Below are positions 15,459-24,573 of a DNA stretch of 26,711 bases, one piece after another. The DNA lies in the NCBI GenBank assembly GCA_035559475.1, contig DATMBT010000132.1, positions 1-26,711 on the forward strand. Direction: 5' to 3'. The stretch is from Gemmatimonadaceae bacterium (GTDB lineage: Bacteria; Gemmatimonadota; Gemmatimonadetes; Gemmatimonadales; Gemmatimonadaceae). The translations under genes were made by a program, and so were the position numbers. Each line of letters opens with the position of its first letter. The stretch's first letter is position 1. The notes under the pieces were generated by a model. It was not told the DNA's origin and did not search any database. It was given only the letters and a program-made list of their open reading frames with translations.

Positions 15459-18110
15459 ATGGATGTTTCTCCGGACAACGCTCCCCGAACGCGCCCGCGG
15501 CGCATCTCGCCGCTGCGGCTTCGCCTCCTTGTCGCCATGGCGATCGCGTTCATTCCGCTCATCCTGTTCGTCGTCAGACTGGGTGTCGACGAGCGGAAGG
15601 CGACGAGCCTCCGGGAGCGCGATACATCGCTTCGCCTTCTCGACGTGGCGCTGGCTGAACACAGTGGGCTGAGCCGCACCGGGCTCGAGTTGCTGCGCCT
15701 CCTTCCGAAGATGCCGGAGGTCTCAACAGGCGACGGTGCGTCCTGCAGTCGTGCCCTCCGCCAGCTTCTTGGCACCTATTCGAACTTCACGAACGCGACT
15801 CGCATCACCCCGGACCTGCGCGTCGATTGCAGCGCGGCCGCCATTCCGGACTCTCTCCTCGACATGTCTGCTGTGCCGGCCGTCGCCCGGGCCGCGAGAA
15901 CGGGAGAGCCCGTAGCAGGGTGGCTTCGGTATGGGCCAATGGGCCCCCCGGTGGCGAACATCGTCGAGCCCGTGCGCAATCAGGCCGGGCGCGTGATCTA
16001 CTATCTCGCCCTCGAGGCGGACCTCAACTGGTTCACGCACCTGGTGGAGTCCATCCCCAAGGCGCCGGGAGCCATGGCCGCCCTGGTCGACACAACCGGC
16101 TACATCATCGCACGGCAGCCGGATGACGAGCAGTTCGCCGGAGCCAGACACACTCCTGCCGCTGCCCTGGTCGAGATGTTTGGCAGAGACAGCGGGTTCG
16201 TCGAGGGAGTAGGTCTCGATGGCATTCGACGCCTGTATTCCTTTCGCACGCTGAAAGCCGACAACAACCACCAGGTGTTGCTGACGATCGGGGTTCCGAC
16301 ATCGGTGATCTTTGCCGACGCCGACCGGCACCTGGTGACGTACATCGGACTGATGTCGGTGATGCTCACGCTCACCATGCTGATGGGATGGATAGGGATC
16401 GACCTCTTCATCCTGCGCGACGTGAAGGCGTTGCTGGGGGCCACGGAGCGGCTGGCTGATGGAGATCTCTCGACCCGCGCCCCGACCCGTCGCTCGTCCG
16501 GGGAACTGAGCGACCTCGCGACCCGGTTCAACGAGCTGGCGCGCCGTCTGGAAGAGCGTCGGCGGGAATTTGTCCTGCTTGGGGATTCCTCACCGGACGC
16601 CATCCTGCGTGTCACGCGTAACCTGGAAATCGAGTGGGCGAACGCGGCCCTTCGGGCGCGACTGGGCGCGGCGGTGGACGACCTCGCCGGATGCCAGATC
16701 GAAGACCTGCCGCTCGAATCGTCACTCAGCGCCGCGATGACTCAGCAGGTGCAGGACATGTTCGCCACGGGTCGGCGGCGGGAGAGTGAGCAGTTCGTGT
16801 CCACCTCGCAGGGCGACTCGTGGATCGACCTTCGCGTGACGCCGGAGAGCAACGCGACCGGCGAAATCACGCACGCCATGGTGATCGCGCGCGACGTCAC
16901 GGCGCGCCGCCAGCTTGCCACGCACCTCGCCGAGGCAGAACGGCTCGACAGCATCGGAAAACTCGCCGGGCACATCGCGCACGACTTCAACAACCTGCTG
17001 ACCGCGATCATCGGGAATGCCGAGATCGCGCTGCGTCAGCTGGAACCCACGGATCGTGTGGCCGCGGATGTCGCCAAGATCATGGATGTGTCCCGCCGGG
17101 CCTCTTCCTTGACGCGACAACTGTTGTCGTTCGCGAGACGTCAATCGACGACCGCCCGCGTCATCGATGTAAAGACGTTCATCGAAGAAGTCACGCCGCT
17201 GATCCGTCGAGTCGTCGGCGACCAGGTCCGGCTCGATATCCACGTCGACGCCGGGACACCACACATTCGATTCGACGCCACGCAGTTCGAGCAGGTGCTG
17301 GTGAACCTTGCGGCGAACGCGCGCGATGCGATGCCAGTGAGCGGGACGTTGTCGATCAGGACGGAGCACCGGGTCATCAAGGAAGGCGAAACCGTCGTGG
17401 ACGGCCGGATGCCAGGCCACTACCTGATGCTCACGGTGTCCGATACTGGAATTGGCATGGCGCCCGAAGTCCGCCAGCGCATCTTCGAGCCGTTCTTCAG
17501 CACGAAGCACGGCCAGGGAGGAACGGGACTCGGCCTCGCGGTGGCGTATGGCGCGGTACGCCAGCACGCGGGCTCTATCGAGGTTGAAAGCGTTGAGTAC
17601 CACGGAGCCACGTTCCGGATCTATGTGCCCGCGACCACGATGACGCCGGAACGCCGCGAGAAGCCTGCATGGGCACCGGAAGCGCCTCACGGTCGAGAGA
17701 CGATCCTGCTGGTCGAGGACCAGGAAGACGTGCGATTGACACTCGCTCGGCTGCTGCGCTCGCACGGCTACACTGTTGTGGATAGCGCAGACGGCGCCGA
17801 CGCGCTGTCCCGAGTCGAGCGAAACGAGTTGCCGCCGTTTCACCTGGTCATCACCGACCTCGTGATGCCAAAGATCGGTGGCGAGGCCCTGGTCGCTGCG
17901 CTGCGGCCGGCGTACCCGGACGTTCCGGTGCTGGTGATCTCAGGCTTCGATCAACAGGGCAGCCTGCGACGGATGTACGACCGGGGACATGCCACGGCCT
18001 TCCTTGAAAAGCCGTTCGAGGGCCAGCCGATGCTCAAGCTCGTGCGCGACCTGCTTGATGCACGTGGTGCCCGTACCAGGACGCCAGAGCAGGTGGCGAA
18101 GGTGGAATAA
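15459..18110 (+). CDS. Hybrid sensor histidine kinase/response regulator (TM-Cache-TM-HAMP-PAS-HisKA-HATPase-REC)
   Basis: Two TM helices; H-box [14 protein letters not shown]-box [31 protein letters not shown]; receiver ILLVED…DLVMP…ISG…EKPF. Start trimmed to ATG at 15459. Confidence 0.93.
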   Translation: MDVSPDNAPRTRPRRISPLRLRLLVAMAIAFIPLILFVVRLGVDERKATSLRERDTSLRLLDVALAEHSGLSRTGLELLRLLPKMPEVSTGDGASCSRALRQLLGTYSNFTNATRITPDLRVDCSAAAIPDSLLDMSAVPAVARAARTGEPVAGWLRYGPMGPPVANIVEPVRNQAGRVIYYLALEADLNWFTHLVESIPKAPGAMAALVDTTGYIIARQPDDEQFAGARHTPAAALVEMFGRDSGFVEGVGLDGIRRLYSFRTLKADNNHQVLLTIGVPTSVIFADADRHLVTYIGLMSVMLTLTMLMGWIGIDLFILRDVKALLGATERLADGDLSTRAPTRRSSGELSDLATRFNELARRLEERRREFVLLGDSSPDAILRVTRNLEIEWANAALRARLGAAVDDLAGCQIEDLPLESSLSAAMTQQVQDMFATGRRRESEQFVSTSQGDSWIDLRVTPESNATGEITHAMVIARDVTARRQLATHLAEAERLDSIGKLAGHIAHDFNNLLTAIIGNAEIALRQLEPTDRVAADVAKIMDVSRRASSLTRQLLSFARRQSTTARVIDVKTFIEEVTPLIRRVVGDQVRLDIHVDAGTPHIRFDATQFEQVLVNLAANARDAMPVSGTLSIRTEHRVIKEGETVVDGRMPGHYLMLTVSDTGIGMAPEVRQRIFEPFFSTKHGQGGTGLGLAVAYGAVRQHAGSIEVESVEYHGATFRIYVPATTMTPERREKPAWAPEAPHGRETILLVEDQEDVRLTLARLLRSHGYTVVDSADGADALSRVERNELPPFHLVITDLVMPKIGGEALVAALRPAYPDVPVLVISGFDQQGSLRRMYDRGHATAFLEKPFEGQPMLKLVRDLLDARGARTRTPEQVAKVE

Positions 18111-18114
18111 CGGC

Positions 18115-18217
18115 AGCGACTAGCGACTAGCGACTAGCGAAACAAAAACAAAAACGACCAGCGAGGATTCTTCGCTGGTCGTTTTCCTGCTTGCTGCTTG
18201 CTAGTCGCTAGTCGCTA
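18115..18217. repeat. Heptamer inverted arms (AGCGACT)x3.7 … (TAGTCGC)x2 flanking a terminator
   Basis: AGCGACT at 18115, 18122 and 18129; TGCTTGC x2 then TAGTCGC at 18202 and 18209, running into the rpsA stop. Confidence 0.92.
18151..18185. terminator. Bidirectional intrinsic terminator between the kinase and rpsA
   Basis: AAAACGACCAGCGA-ggattct-TCGCTGGTCGTTTT. The longer A-tract on the left (18140-18154) favours termination of rpsA. Confidence 0.9.
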
Positions 18218-20002
18218 CTCTTCCACATCGATATCGATCTCCGAAACATCCGGGATCGGCACTTCGGCGTCTTCAGTGTGAATCTTGGACGGCGTTTCCG
18301 GACGTGGCGGCTGCTCGGCCGGGATATCCACGACCGTGAGCACGATACGGCGGTGAATCGGATCCACCTCCACGATGCGCAGGTCGAGAATCATCGTCTC
18401 GTAGCAGACATCGGCCGGCGAATCGATCGGTTTCTCCGACGGGATGTGGCTCAGCGGGACGAAACCTTCGATGTCGTTGCCGATATCGACCACCACACCC
18501 TTGTCCATCAGGCGGGCCACGGTGCCACGCAGCTCGGTGCCGACCGGGTAGGTCTCGCCGATGCGGAGCCACGGATCTTCGGTGGCCTGCTTGAGGCCTA
18601 ACGAAATCCGCTTGTTGTCGCTGTCGATGTTGAGGATGAGCACGTCGACCGTGTCGCCCTTCTTCACCACTTCCGACGGGTGCTGGACGCGCTTGGTCCA
18701 GCTCATGTCGGAGATGTGGATCAGGCCGTCGATCCCCGGCTCGATTTCGACGAACGCACCGAAGCTCGTCAGGTTGCGGACCTTGCCGCTGAGTCGCGTA
18801 CCGACCGGGTACTTGAGCGGCAGCACCATCCACGGATCCTGCTCGGTCTGCTTCATGCCGAGCGAGATCTTCTCCTCGTTCGGATCGACTTTCAGGACTA
18901 CCGCTTCAATCGTTTCTCCAATCGAGACGATCTTCGACGGGTGACGCACGTTGCGGGTCCACGACATCTCGCTGATGTGCACCAGGCCCTCGATGCCCGG
19001 CTCCAGCTCGATGAACGCGCCGTAGTTCGTGATCGAGACCACCTTGCCGGCGACGCGCGTGCCGACCGGGTACTTCTCGATGACGTCCTTCCACGGGTAC
19101 GGCTGCAGCTGCTTCAGGCCTAACGAGATGCGCTCGCGGTCCCAGTCGATGTCGAGGACCTTGACGTCCATCTCCATGCCAATCTGGACCATCTCGCTCG
19201 GATGCGAGATGCGGCCCCATGACATGTCGGTGATGTGGAGCAGGCCGTCGACGCCACCGAGGTCGATGAATGCACCGAAGTCGGTGATGTTCTTGACCAC
19301 GCCCTTCCGCACCTGGTCCTTCTGCAGCTCCTTCATGAGTTTCTCGCGCTTGCCGGCGCGCTCGGCCTCGAGGATCACGCGGCGCGAGACGACGATGTTG
19401 CGGCGGCGCTTGTTGAGCTTGATGATCTTGAACTCGAACTTCTGGCCCAGCAGGTCGTCGATGTTCGGCACGCGACGCAGCGCGATCTGCGAGCCGGGGA
19501 GGAACGCGTCGACGCCCATGAGGTCGACGACCACGCCACCCTTGATCTTCTTGACGAGCGTACCGGACACCGGCTGGTCGGTCTCGTAGGAGATGCGGAT
19601 CTTCTCCCAGACCCGCATGAAGTCGGCCTTCTTCTTCGAAAGGACGACCGAGCCTTCCTGGTCCTCGAGGTGCTCGAGCAGGACTTCCACTTCATCGCCC
19701 GGCTTGAGGTCGGGCATGTCCTTGAACTCTTCGAGCGGGATCGAGCCTTCGGATTTGAATCCGATGTCGAGCACAACCATGTTGTCGCGAATCTCCAGGA
19801 CACGCGACTTCACGATCTCGCCTTCGTCGATGGAGGCGAGCGTGCCGTTATAGAGCTCCATCATCCGCTCGTATTCGGCGGATGTGTACTCGTCTTCGTC
19901 GTAGAGTTCGGGGCGCCGGTTGGCGAGCGGGCGAAGGACAGCCTTCTGCTCTTTTCGGCGGGCGACGACGTCAACTGTCGCCGTGGAGGTATCTTCAGCC
20001 AT
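18215..20002 (-). CDS. rpsA: 30S ribosomal protein S1
   Basis: Six S1 domains (e.g. KNITDFGAFIDLGGVDGLLHITDMSW, NYGAFIELEPGIEGLVHISEMSW); downstream of cmk. Confidence 0.98.
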   Translation of the reverse strand: MAEDTSTATVDVVARRKEQKAVLRPLANRRPELYDEDEYTSAEYERMMELYNGTLASIDEGEIVKSRVLEIRDNMVVLDIGFKSEGSIPLEEFKDMPDLKPGDEVEVLLEHLEDQEGSVVLSKKKADFMRVWEKIRISYETDQPVSGTLVKKIKGGVVVDLMGVDAFLPGSQIALRRVPNIDDLLGQKFEFKIIKLNKRRRNIVVSRRVILEAERAGKREKLMKELQKDQVRKGVVKNITDFGAFIDLGGVDGLLHITDMSWGRISHPSEMVQIGMEMDVKVLDIDWDRERISLGLKQLQPYPWKDVIEKYPVGTRVAGKVVSITNYGAFIELEPGIEGLVHISEMSWTRNVRHPSKIVSIGETIEAVVLKVDPNEEKISLGMKQTEQDPWMVLPLKYPVGTRLSGKVRNLTSFGAFVEIEPGIDGLIHISDMSWTKRVQHPSEVVKKGDTVDVLILNIDSDNKRISLGLKQATEDPWLRIGETYPVGTELRGTVARLMDKGVVVDIGNDIEGFVPLSHIPSEKPIDSPADVCYETMILDLRIVEVDPIHRRIVLTVVDIPAEQPPRPETPSKIHTEDAEVPIPDVSEIDIDVEE

Positions 20003-20096
20003 GAGGGGTTCGCGGAACGCTCGCCGCGATCGAGAAAGAGATGAACGCTTGACCGCGACCAGGTCGCGGGTGCCGGGAAGTCCGGCGGAGCCGATT

Positions 20097-20125
20097 AAGC
20101 TAGCCTGTGCCGGCGGCTACTTCAA
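20097..20125 (-). promoter_or_regulatory. Probable sigma70 promoter for rpsA
   Basis: Minus strand TTGAAG (20125-20120), 17-nt spacer, TAGCTT (20102-20097). Confidence 0.6.
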
Positions 20126-20156
20126 CGGCGAACCCGGATCCCGCGGAAACAACGGA

Positions 20157-20837
20157 TCAGGGTCGGATGGCGGAGCGCGCCAGTGCCACGATGCGGGAGA
20201 CCTGCTCCTCCTGCATAAGGTGCGTCGTGTCGATCAGGACCGCGTCGCGCGCCTGGACCGATTGGGTGGCATCAGCGGCGTCGCGGTGCACGAGACGATC
20301 TGTTTCGGCCGCAACTTCGTCGTCCGTCGGGAGACGCCGCAGGTGTTGCACCAGGCGACGCTTGGCGCGCTCCCAGGTGTCGGCGACGAGGTAGACCTTC
20401 ACGTCCGCCTCCGGAAACACCACGGTCCCCATGTCCCGGCCATCGACTACGACGTTGCGCGTCGAAGCGACCTGCTGCACCTGCTCGTTGACCCACTGCC
20501 GCACAGCGGCCATGCGCGCCACGCGCGGGACCGATGCGCTCACGGCCGGGCTCCGGATCTCGGCCTCGGCAGGCGCGCCATCGAGGTACGGCACCATCGC
20601 GCTGCCTGACGAGGCAAGCGTCACAATGCCCGCCGCATCAAGTACGTGCCTCCACGTCCACTCGTCTGGTGGTCTTCCCGTGCGGATCGCCGCCGCAGTG
20701 GCGGCGCGGTAGATCGCACCCGAATCCACGTGGCAGTAGCCGAGTTCGCGCGCCACCCATTCGGCCGTGGACGACTTCCCGGAGGCGGCAGGCCCATCGA
20801 TCGCGACGACCGCGAAACGCCCCCTAGACGACGACAT
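20157..20837 (-). CDS. cmk: Cytidylate kinase
   Basis: VAIDGPAASGKSS, DSGAIYRA, DGRDMGTVVFP. Start trimmed to ATG at 20837, overlapping the end of aroA. Confidence 0.95.
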   Translation of the reverse strand: MSSSRGRFAVVAIDGPAASGKSSTAEWVARELGYCHVDSGAIYRAATAAAIRTGRPPDEWTWRHVLDAAGIVTLASSGSAMVPYLDGAPAEAEIRSPAVSASVPRVARMAAVRQWVNEQVQQVASTRNVVVDGRDMGTVVFPEADVKVYLVADTWERAKRRLVQHLRRLPTDDEVAAETDRLVHRDAADATQSVQARDAVLIDTTHLMQEEQVSRIVALARSAIRP

Positions 20838-22113
20838 GGGCAAGGTCTCGCCAGAAATCCGGATACGAGACGGAAACGCAATCCGGGTCATCGATCCGGA
20901 ATTCGGATTGTGCGGACGCGCCGAGGACGCCGAACGCCATTGCCAGGCGGTGATCACCGTGTGTCTGGACAGATCCGGAAAGCGGCGCGCGGGTACCGCG
21001 GATCCGCATGCCGTCAGGAGCCTCGTCCACATCGACACCGATGTTGCGAAGGTTGGCCACGACGGCCGCGATGCGATCACTCTCCTTGACGCGCAGCTCG
21101 GCGGCGCCCGAGATGACGGTTTCCCCGGACGCGCGCGCGGCGACACACGCGAGCGCCGGCAGCTCATCGATGAGCGAGGGAACCTCGTCCCCATCGATCC
21201 GCGTCCCGGACAGATGCACCGGCCGTACGGCGATATCGCCTAACGGCTCGGCACCGGCATCGTTGCGCGAGAGGATGTCAACGCGCGCGCCCATGCGGCG
21301 CAGGACCGCGATGAACCCCGCCCGGCCAGGATTGAGGCCGACGTCACGAATGGTGATCGAGCCCGCATCGGCGAGCGCCGCGAGGCAGGCGAAAAACGCA
21401 GCGGATGACGGATCGCCGGGCACGGTGATGTCCAGCGGCTCGAGTTGAGCCGGCGGATCGAGGACGATGATTCCGCCACCGACATCGATGGCAGCGCCCT
21501 GGGCGCGCAACATTCGCTCGGTGTGATCGCGCGTTGGCGCCGGCTCGCGAATCACGACCGCCACGCGGCCCGTCACTCCAGCCATGAGCAGCGCGCTTTT
21601 CACCTGGGCGCTGGCGGTGTCGAGCTTCCAGTCCAGGGCGCGCAGGTCGCCGCCGTGCACGGTCAGCGGGAGCCCATCCTTCTCCCCCTCGAACTCGATC
21701 CGGGCACCCATCTCGGTCAGCGGCGTCGCGACGCGCTTCATGGGACGGCGACTGAGGCTGGCGTCCCCGGTGAACGTAGAGGTGACGGGATAGCCTGAGA
21801 CAATGCCCATCAGCAGGCGCGTGCTCGTGCCTGAGTTACCAAGATCCAGGCGGGAGACGGGCGACGGGCGACGGGAGAGACCGCTGCCTTCCACCGACAT
21901 GTCAGGCGCCAGCGGTGGCACCGGCCAGCCTAACGCGCGCAAGGCTCCGGCCGTCGACTCGATATCCGCCGACTGCAGCACGCCACGAACCCGGGACTTC
22001 CCCTCAGCGAGCGAGCCGAACATCAGCGCGCGATGCGACACGGACTTGTCGCCCGGCACTCGCACCTCGCCACGCACAACGAGCCGCACCCGTCCAACGG
22101 TTATCGCAGCCAT
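20824..22113 (-). CDS. aroA: 3-phosphoshikimate 1-carboxyvinyltransferase (class II-like EPSP synthase)
   Basis: PGDKSVSHRA, GNSGTSTRL, SAQVKSA, RDHTE, LRVKESDRI, DHRLAM. Start uncertain (ATG at 22113 or GTG at 22089). Confidence 0.96.
   Translation of the reverse strand: MAAITVGRVRLVVRGEVRVPGDKSVSHRALMFGSLAEGKSRVRGVLQSADIESTAGALRALGWPVPPLAPDMSVEGSGLSRRPSPVSRLDLGNSGTSTRLLMGIVSGYPVTSTFTGDASLSRRPMKRVATPLTEMGARIEFEGEKDGLPLTVHGGDLRALDWKLDTASAQVKSALLMAGVTGRVAVVIREPAPTRDHTERMLRAQGAAIDVGGGIIVLDPPAQLEPLDITVPGDPSSAAFFACLAALADAGSITIRDVGLNPGRAGFIAVLRRMGARVDILSRNDAGAEPLGDIAVRPVHLSGTRIDGDEVPSLIDELPALACVAARASGETVISGAAELRVKESDRIAAVVANLRNIGVDVDEAPDGMRIRGTRAPLSGSVQTHGDHRLAMAFGVLGASAQSEFRIDDPDCVSVSYPDFWRDLAHVVV
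21852..21879. repeat. GGG(A/C)GAC heptamer array inside aroA
   Basis: GGGAGAC, GGGCGAC, GGGCGAC, GGGAGAG; encodes LSRRPSPVSR. Confidence 0.75.
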
Positions 22114-22982
22114 GACTCCAGCGCGGTTGAAAGATCGGTACGCTCGTCACGGTACTTCACGATGACCGGCGTTTGAAGTGACAGGCCCTGCTCGCGTCCC
22201 CACCCGCCCGTGACCGCCCGGGCGCCGGGCACCACCACGGCACCCGCAGGAATCTCGAGCGGCGTTTCCGGAGATCCTCGAATAACGGTTTCGTTGACGA
22301 GGTCGAACACCGGTGTTCCGCGCGTCAGCACGGTCCCGGCGGCAAGCACCGCGCGCGCGCGAACGACCGTGCCTTCATAGACGCCACAGTTTCCACCAAC
22401 GACGACGTCATCCTCAATGATGACGGGCGCCGCGTTCACCGGTTCAAGCACTCCACCGATCTGCGCCGCGGCACTCAGGTGCACGCGCTCGCCAATCTGC
22501 GCGCACGAACCGACCAACGCGTGTGAATCGATCATCGTGCCTGTCCCGACCCACGCGCCGGCGTTGACAAACATCGGCGGCATGCAGACGACTCCGGGAG
22601 CGACATACGCGCCGCGACGGATGGATGACCCTCCAGGAACGACGCGGATTCCATGGCCGACCGTCAGGGGTCGCGGCGGAATGGTCCGCTTGTCGAAGAA
22701 CCGGAACATGCCGCCTGGCGGCGACATGTCCACGACTGCCCCGGCTCGAAAGGCCAGGAGGATACCGCGCTTCACCCAGGGCACCGCACTCCAGACGCCG
22801 TGTTCATCCCGGCGCGCTGACCGCACCTCGCCGGTTTCGAGGGCGTCCAGCACGCGGAACACTATGTGCTCGGCATCCGTGGGCAACGATTCCCCGGCCG
22901 GAGTGGCAGCGAGTTCCTCGACGCGTGCAGCGAGGACCGCGGGATCGACATGACCAGGCGTACTCTCGAGGTGCGGCCCCAT
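22101..22982 (-). CDS. dapD: Tetrahydrodipicolinate N-succinyltransferase
   Basis: WVKRGILLAFR, RVVPGGSSIRRG, DSHALVGSCAQIG…IGGVLEP hexapeptide repeats; lies in the dap operon. Confidence 0.93.
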   Translation of the reverse strand: MGPHLESTPGHVDPAVLAARVEELAATPAGESLPTDAEHIVFRVLDALETGEVRSARRDEHGVWSAVPWVKRGILLAFRAGAVVDMSPPGGMFRFFDKRTIPPRPLTVGHGIRVVPGGSSIRRGAYVAPGVVCMPPMFVNAGAWVGTGTMIDSHALVGSCAQIGERVHLSAAAQIGGVLEPVNAAPVIIEDDVVVGGNCGVYEGTVVRARAVLAAGTVLTRGTPVFDLVNETVIRGSPETPLEIPAGAVVVPGARAVTGGWGREQGLSLQTPVIVKYRDERTDLSTALESWLR

Positions 22983-23875
22983 CAGATCCCTTCGACGCCA
23001 GCCGCGACCAGCGATGCCTGCACCGCCGACATGTTCGACTCGCTCAGGGGCACGAGCGGGAGGCGAAGCACGTTCTCCATCATCCCCAGCATCGAGAGCG
23101 CGGCCTTTGCCGGAATCGGGTTCGGCTCAATGAACGCCGCCGCCATCCACGGTTGCAGCCGGCGATGCAGGTTCCGCGCGGTCACGAGATCATTCGCGGC
23201 GCAAGCATCGCACAATTGAGCCATGAGCCGCGGCGTTGCGTTGCTCGTCACTGAGATCACGCCCTCGCCACCCAGCGCCATCACCGGCAGCGTGATCGAG
23301 TCGTCACCCGAGAGGACCGAAAACCCCTGCGGCCGGTCGCGAATGATGTCGGCGATCTGGTTGATGTTACCCGATGCTTCCTTGACGGCGACAATGCTGG
23401 TGCATTTCGCGAGCTCGAGCGTCGTCCGTGCCTCGATATTGCTCCCGGTACGGCCAGGGACGTTGTAGATGACGATCGGGAGATCGACGGCATCGACGAT
23501 GGCGCGGAAGTGGGCAATGATCCCGCGCTGCGGTGGCTTGTTGTACATCGGCGAGACGTGCAGCAGGTGTGTCGCACCAGCGGCCTTCATTTCCTTCGAG
23601 ACTGCAATGGCGCGCGCGGTGTCGTTCGAGCCGGCGCCCGCGACCACCGGGACGCGTCCGGCCACCGCTTCGACGGTAATCTCCACCACGCGACGATGTT
23701 CGGCAGGCGTCATCGTCACGGCTTCACCCGTCGAGCCACACGGCACGACAAAATGAATGCCTTCGGCGACCTGCCAATCGACGAAACGGCGCAACGCGGC
23801 TTCATCAACCTTCCCGTCGCGCTGGAACGGCGTGACCAGCGCGGTACCGCAGCCCGTCAACGTGCGTCCGTTCAT
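22982..23875 (-). CDS. dapA: 4-hydroxy-tetrahydrodipicolinate synthase
   Basis: TALVTPF, GSTGE, YNVPGRTG, VKEASG, LSGDD, PNPIPAK; AAGGAG SD upstream. Confidence 0.97.
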   Translation of the reverse strand: MNGRTLTGCGTALVTPFQRDGKVDEAALRRFVDWQVAEGIHFVVPCGSTGEAVTMTPAEHRRVVEITVEAVAGRVPVVAGAGSNDTARAIAVSKEMKAAGATHLLHVSPMYNKPPQRGIIAHFRAIVDAVDLPIVIYNVPGRTGSNIEARTTLELAKCTSIVAVKEASGNINQIADIIRDRPQGFSVLSGDDSITLPVMALGGEGVISVTSNATPRLMAQLCDACAANDLVTARNLHRRLQPWMAAAFIEPNPIPAKAALSMLGMMENVLRLPLVPLSESNMSAVQASLVAAGVEGI

Positions 23876-24573
23876 CGTGCTTTCTCCTTGAGGTGCAGCA
23901 CGTCACGCATGGTAAATACACCCTTGCGACCCTGCAGCCACTCGGCAGCTGAAATCGCTCCATCGGCGAAGACGCGCCGGTCGCGCGCTTCGTGAACCAG
24001 TCGAAGCTGTTCAAATGCAGCGTCTATGACCAGCTCGTGAGTACCAGGAACGAAACCAGTGCGAACGCTGGTGATGGGAACATCGCGTGACAGGCCGGCT
24101 TTCGCGACGTTCGCCAGTGCCGCCGCCGTGCCCGATGGCTTGTCCTTCTTGGCCGCGTGGTGTGTCTCGACGAGGTGTGCGTCAAACCCCGGGACATCGC
24201 GCAGGGCGAGGGTTGCCGCCTCGATGGCCGCCGTCAGCACGGCGATACCGACCGAGAAGTTAGGCGCCCAGAACATGGAGCCTTCGAGCTTCCGAACCTC
24301 AGCGATCACCGGTTCAAGTTGGTCGTACCATCCCGTCGTACCAACGACCACGGGCAACCCCGCACGCACACAGCCGAGCACATTCGCCGCCGCAGCCGAC
24401 GGCTCCGTGAACTCGATGACCACGTCAGGATGGCCGAGCCGCTCACGGGTGATCGAGCTACCAGCAGGATTGTCGGTCCTGCCCATCATCACCGTGACGA
24501 TGTGGCGACGCTCCTCGGCGAGCGATGCAATCGCGCGCGACATCTTGCCGCTTCCAATGAGCGCGATCTTCAT
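23872..24573 (-). CDS. dapB: 4-hydroxy-tetrahydrodipicolinate reductase
   Basis: GSGKM, VVGTTGW, PNFSVG, ETHHAAKKDKPSGTA, HEARDRRVFADGA. Confidence 0.96.
   Translation of the reverse strand: MKIALIGSGKMSRAIASLAEERRHIVTVMMGRTDNPAGSSITRERLGHPDVVIEFTEPSAAAANVLGCVRAGLPVVVGTTGWYDQLEPVIAEVRKLEGSMFWAPNFSVGIAVLTAAIEAATLALRDVPGFDAHLVETHHAAKKDKPSGTAAALANVAKAGLSRDVPITSVRTGFVPGTHELVIDAAFEQLRLVHEARDRRVFADGAISAAEWLQGRKGVFTMRDVLHLKEKAR

Noticed and set aside
15114..15775. Apparent 660-nt head-to-head overlap of pccB and the histidine kinase
   Set aside because: Artefact of longest-ORF calling through the stop-free repeat spacer; the plausible starts at 15298 and 15459 do not overlap.
2933..18217. Heptamer arrays as CRISPR repeats or IS/MITE ends
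   Set aside because: No repeat-spacer alternation, no cas or transposase gene, and no visible target-site duplications; the units differ between loci.
20838..21194. 119-aa N-terminal extension of Cmk, or an AroA-Cmk fusion/frameshift
   Set aside because: AroA ends normally at 20824 and Cmk has its own ATG at 20837; the extension is an alternative frame of aroA.
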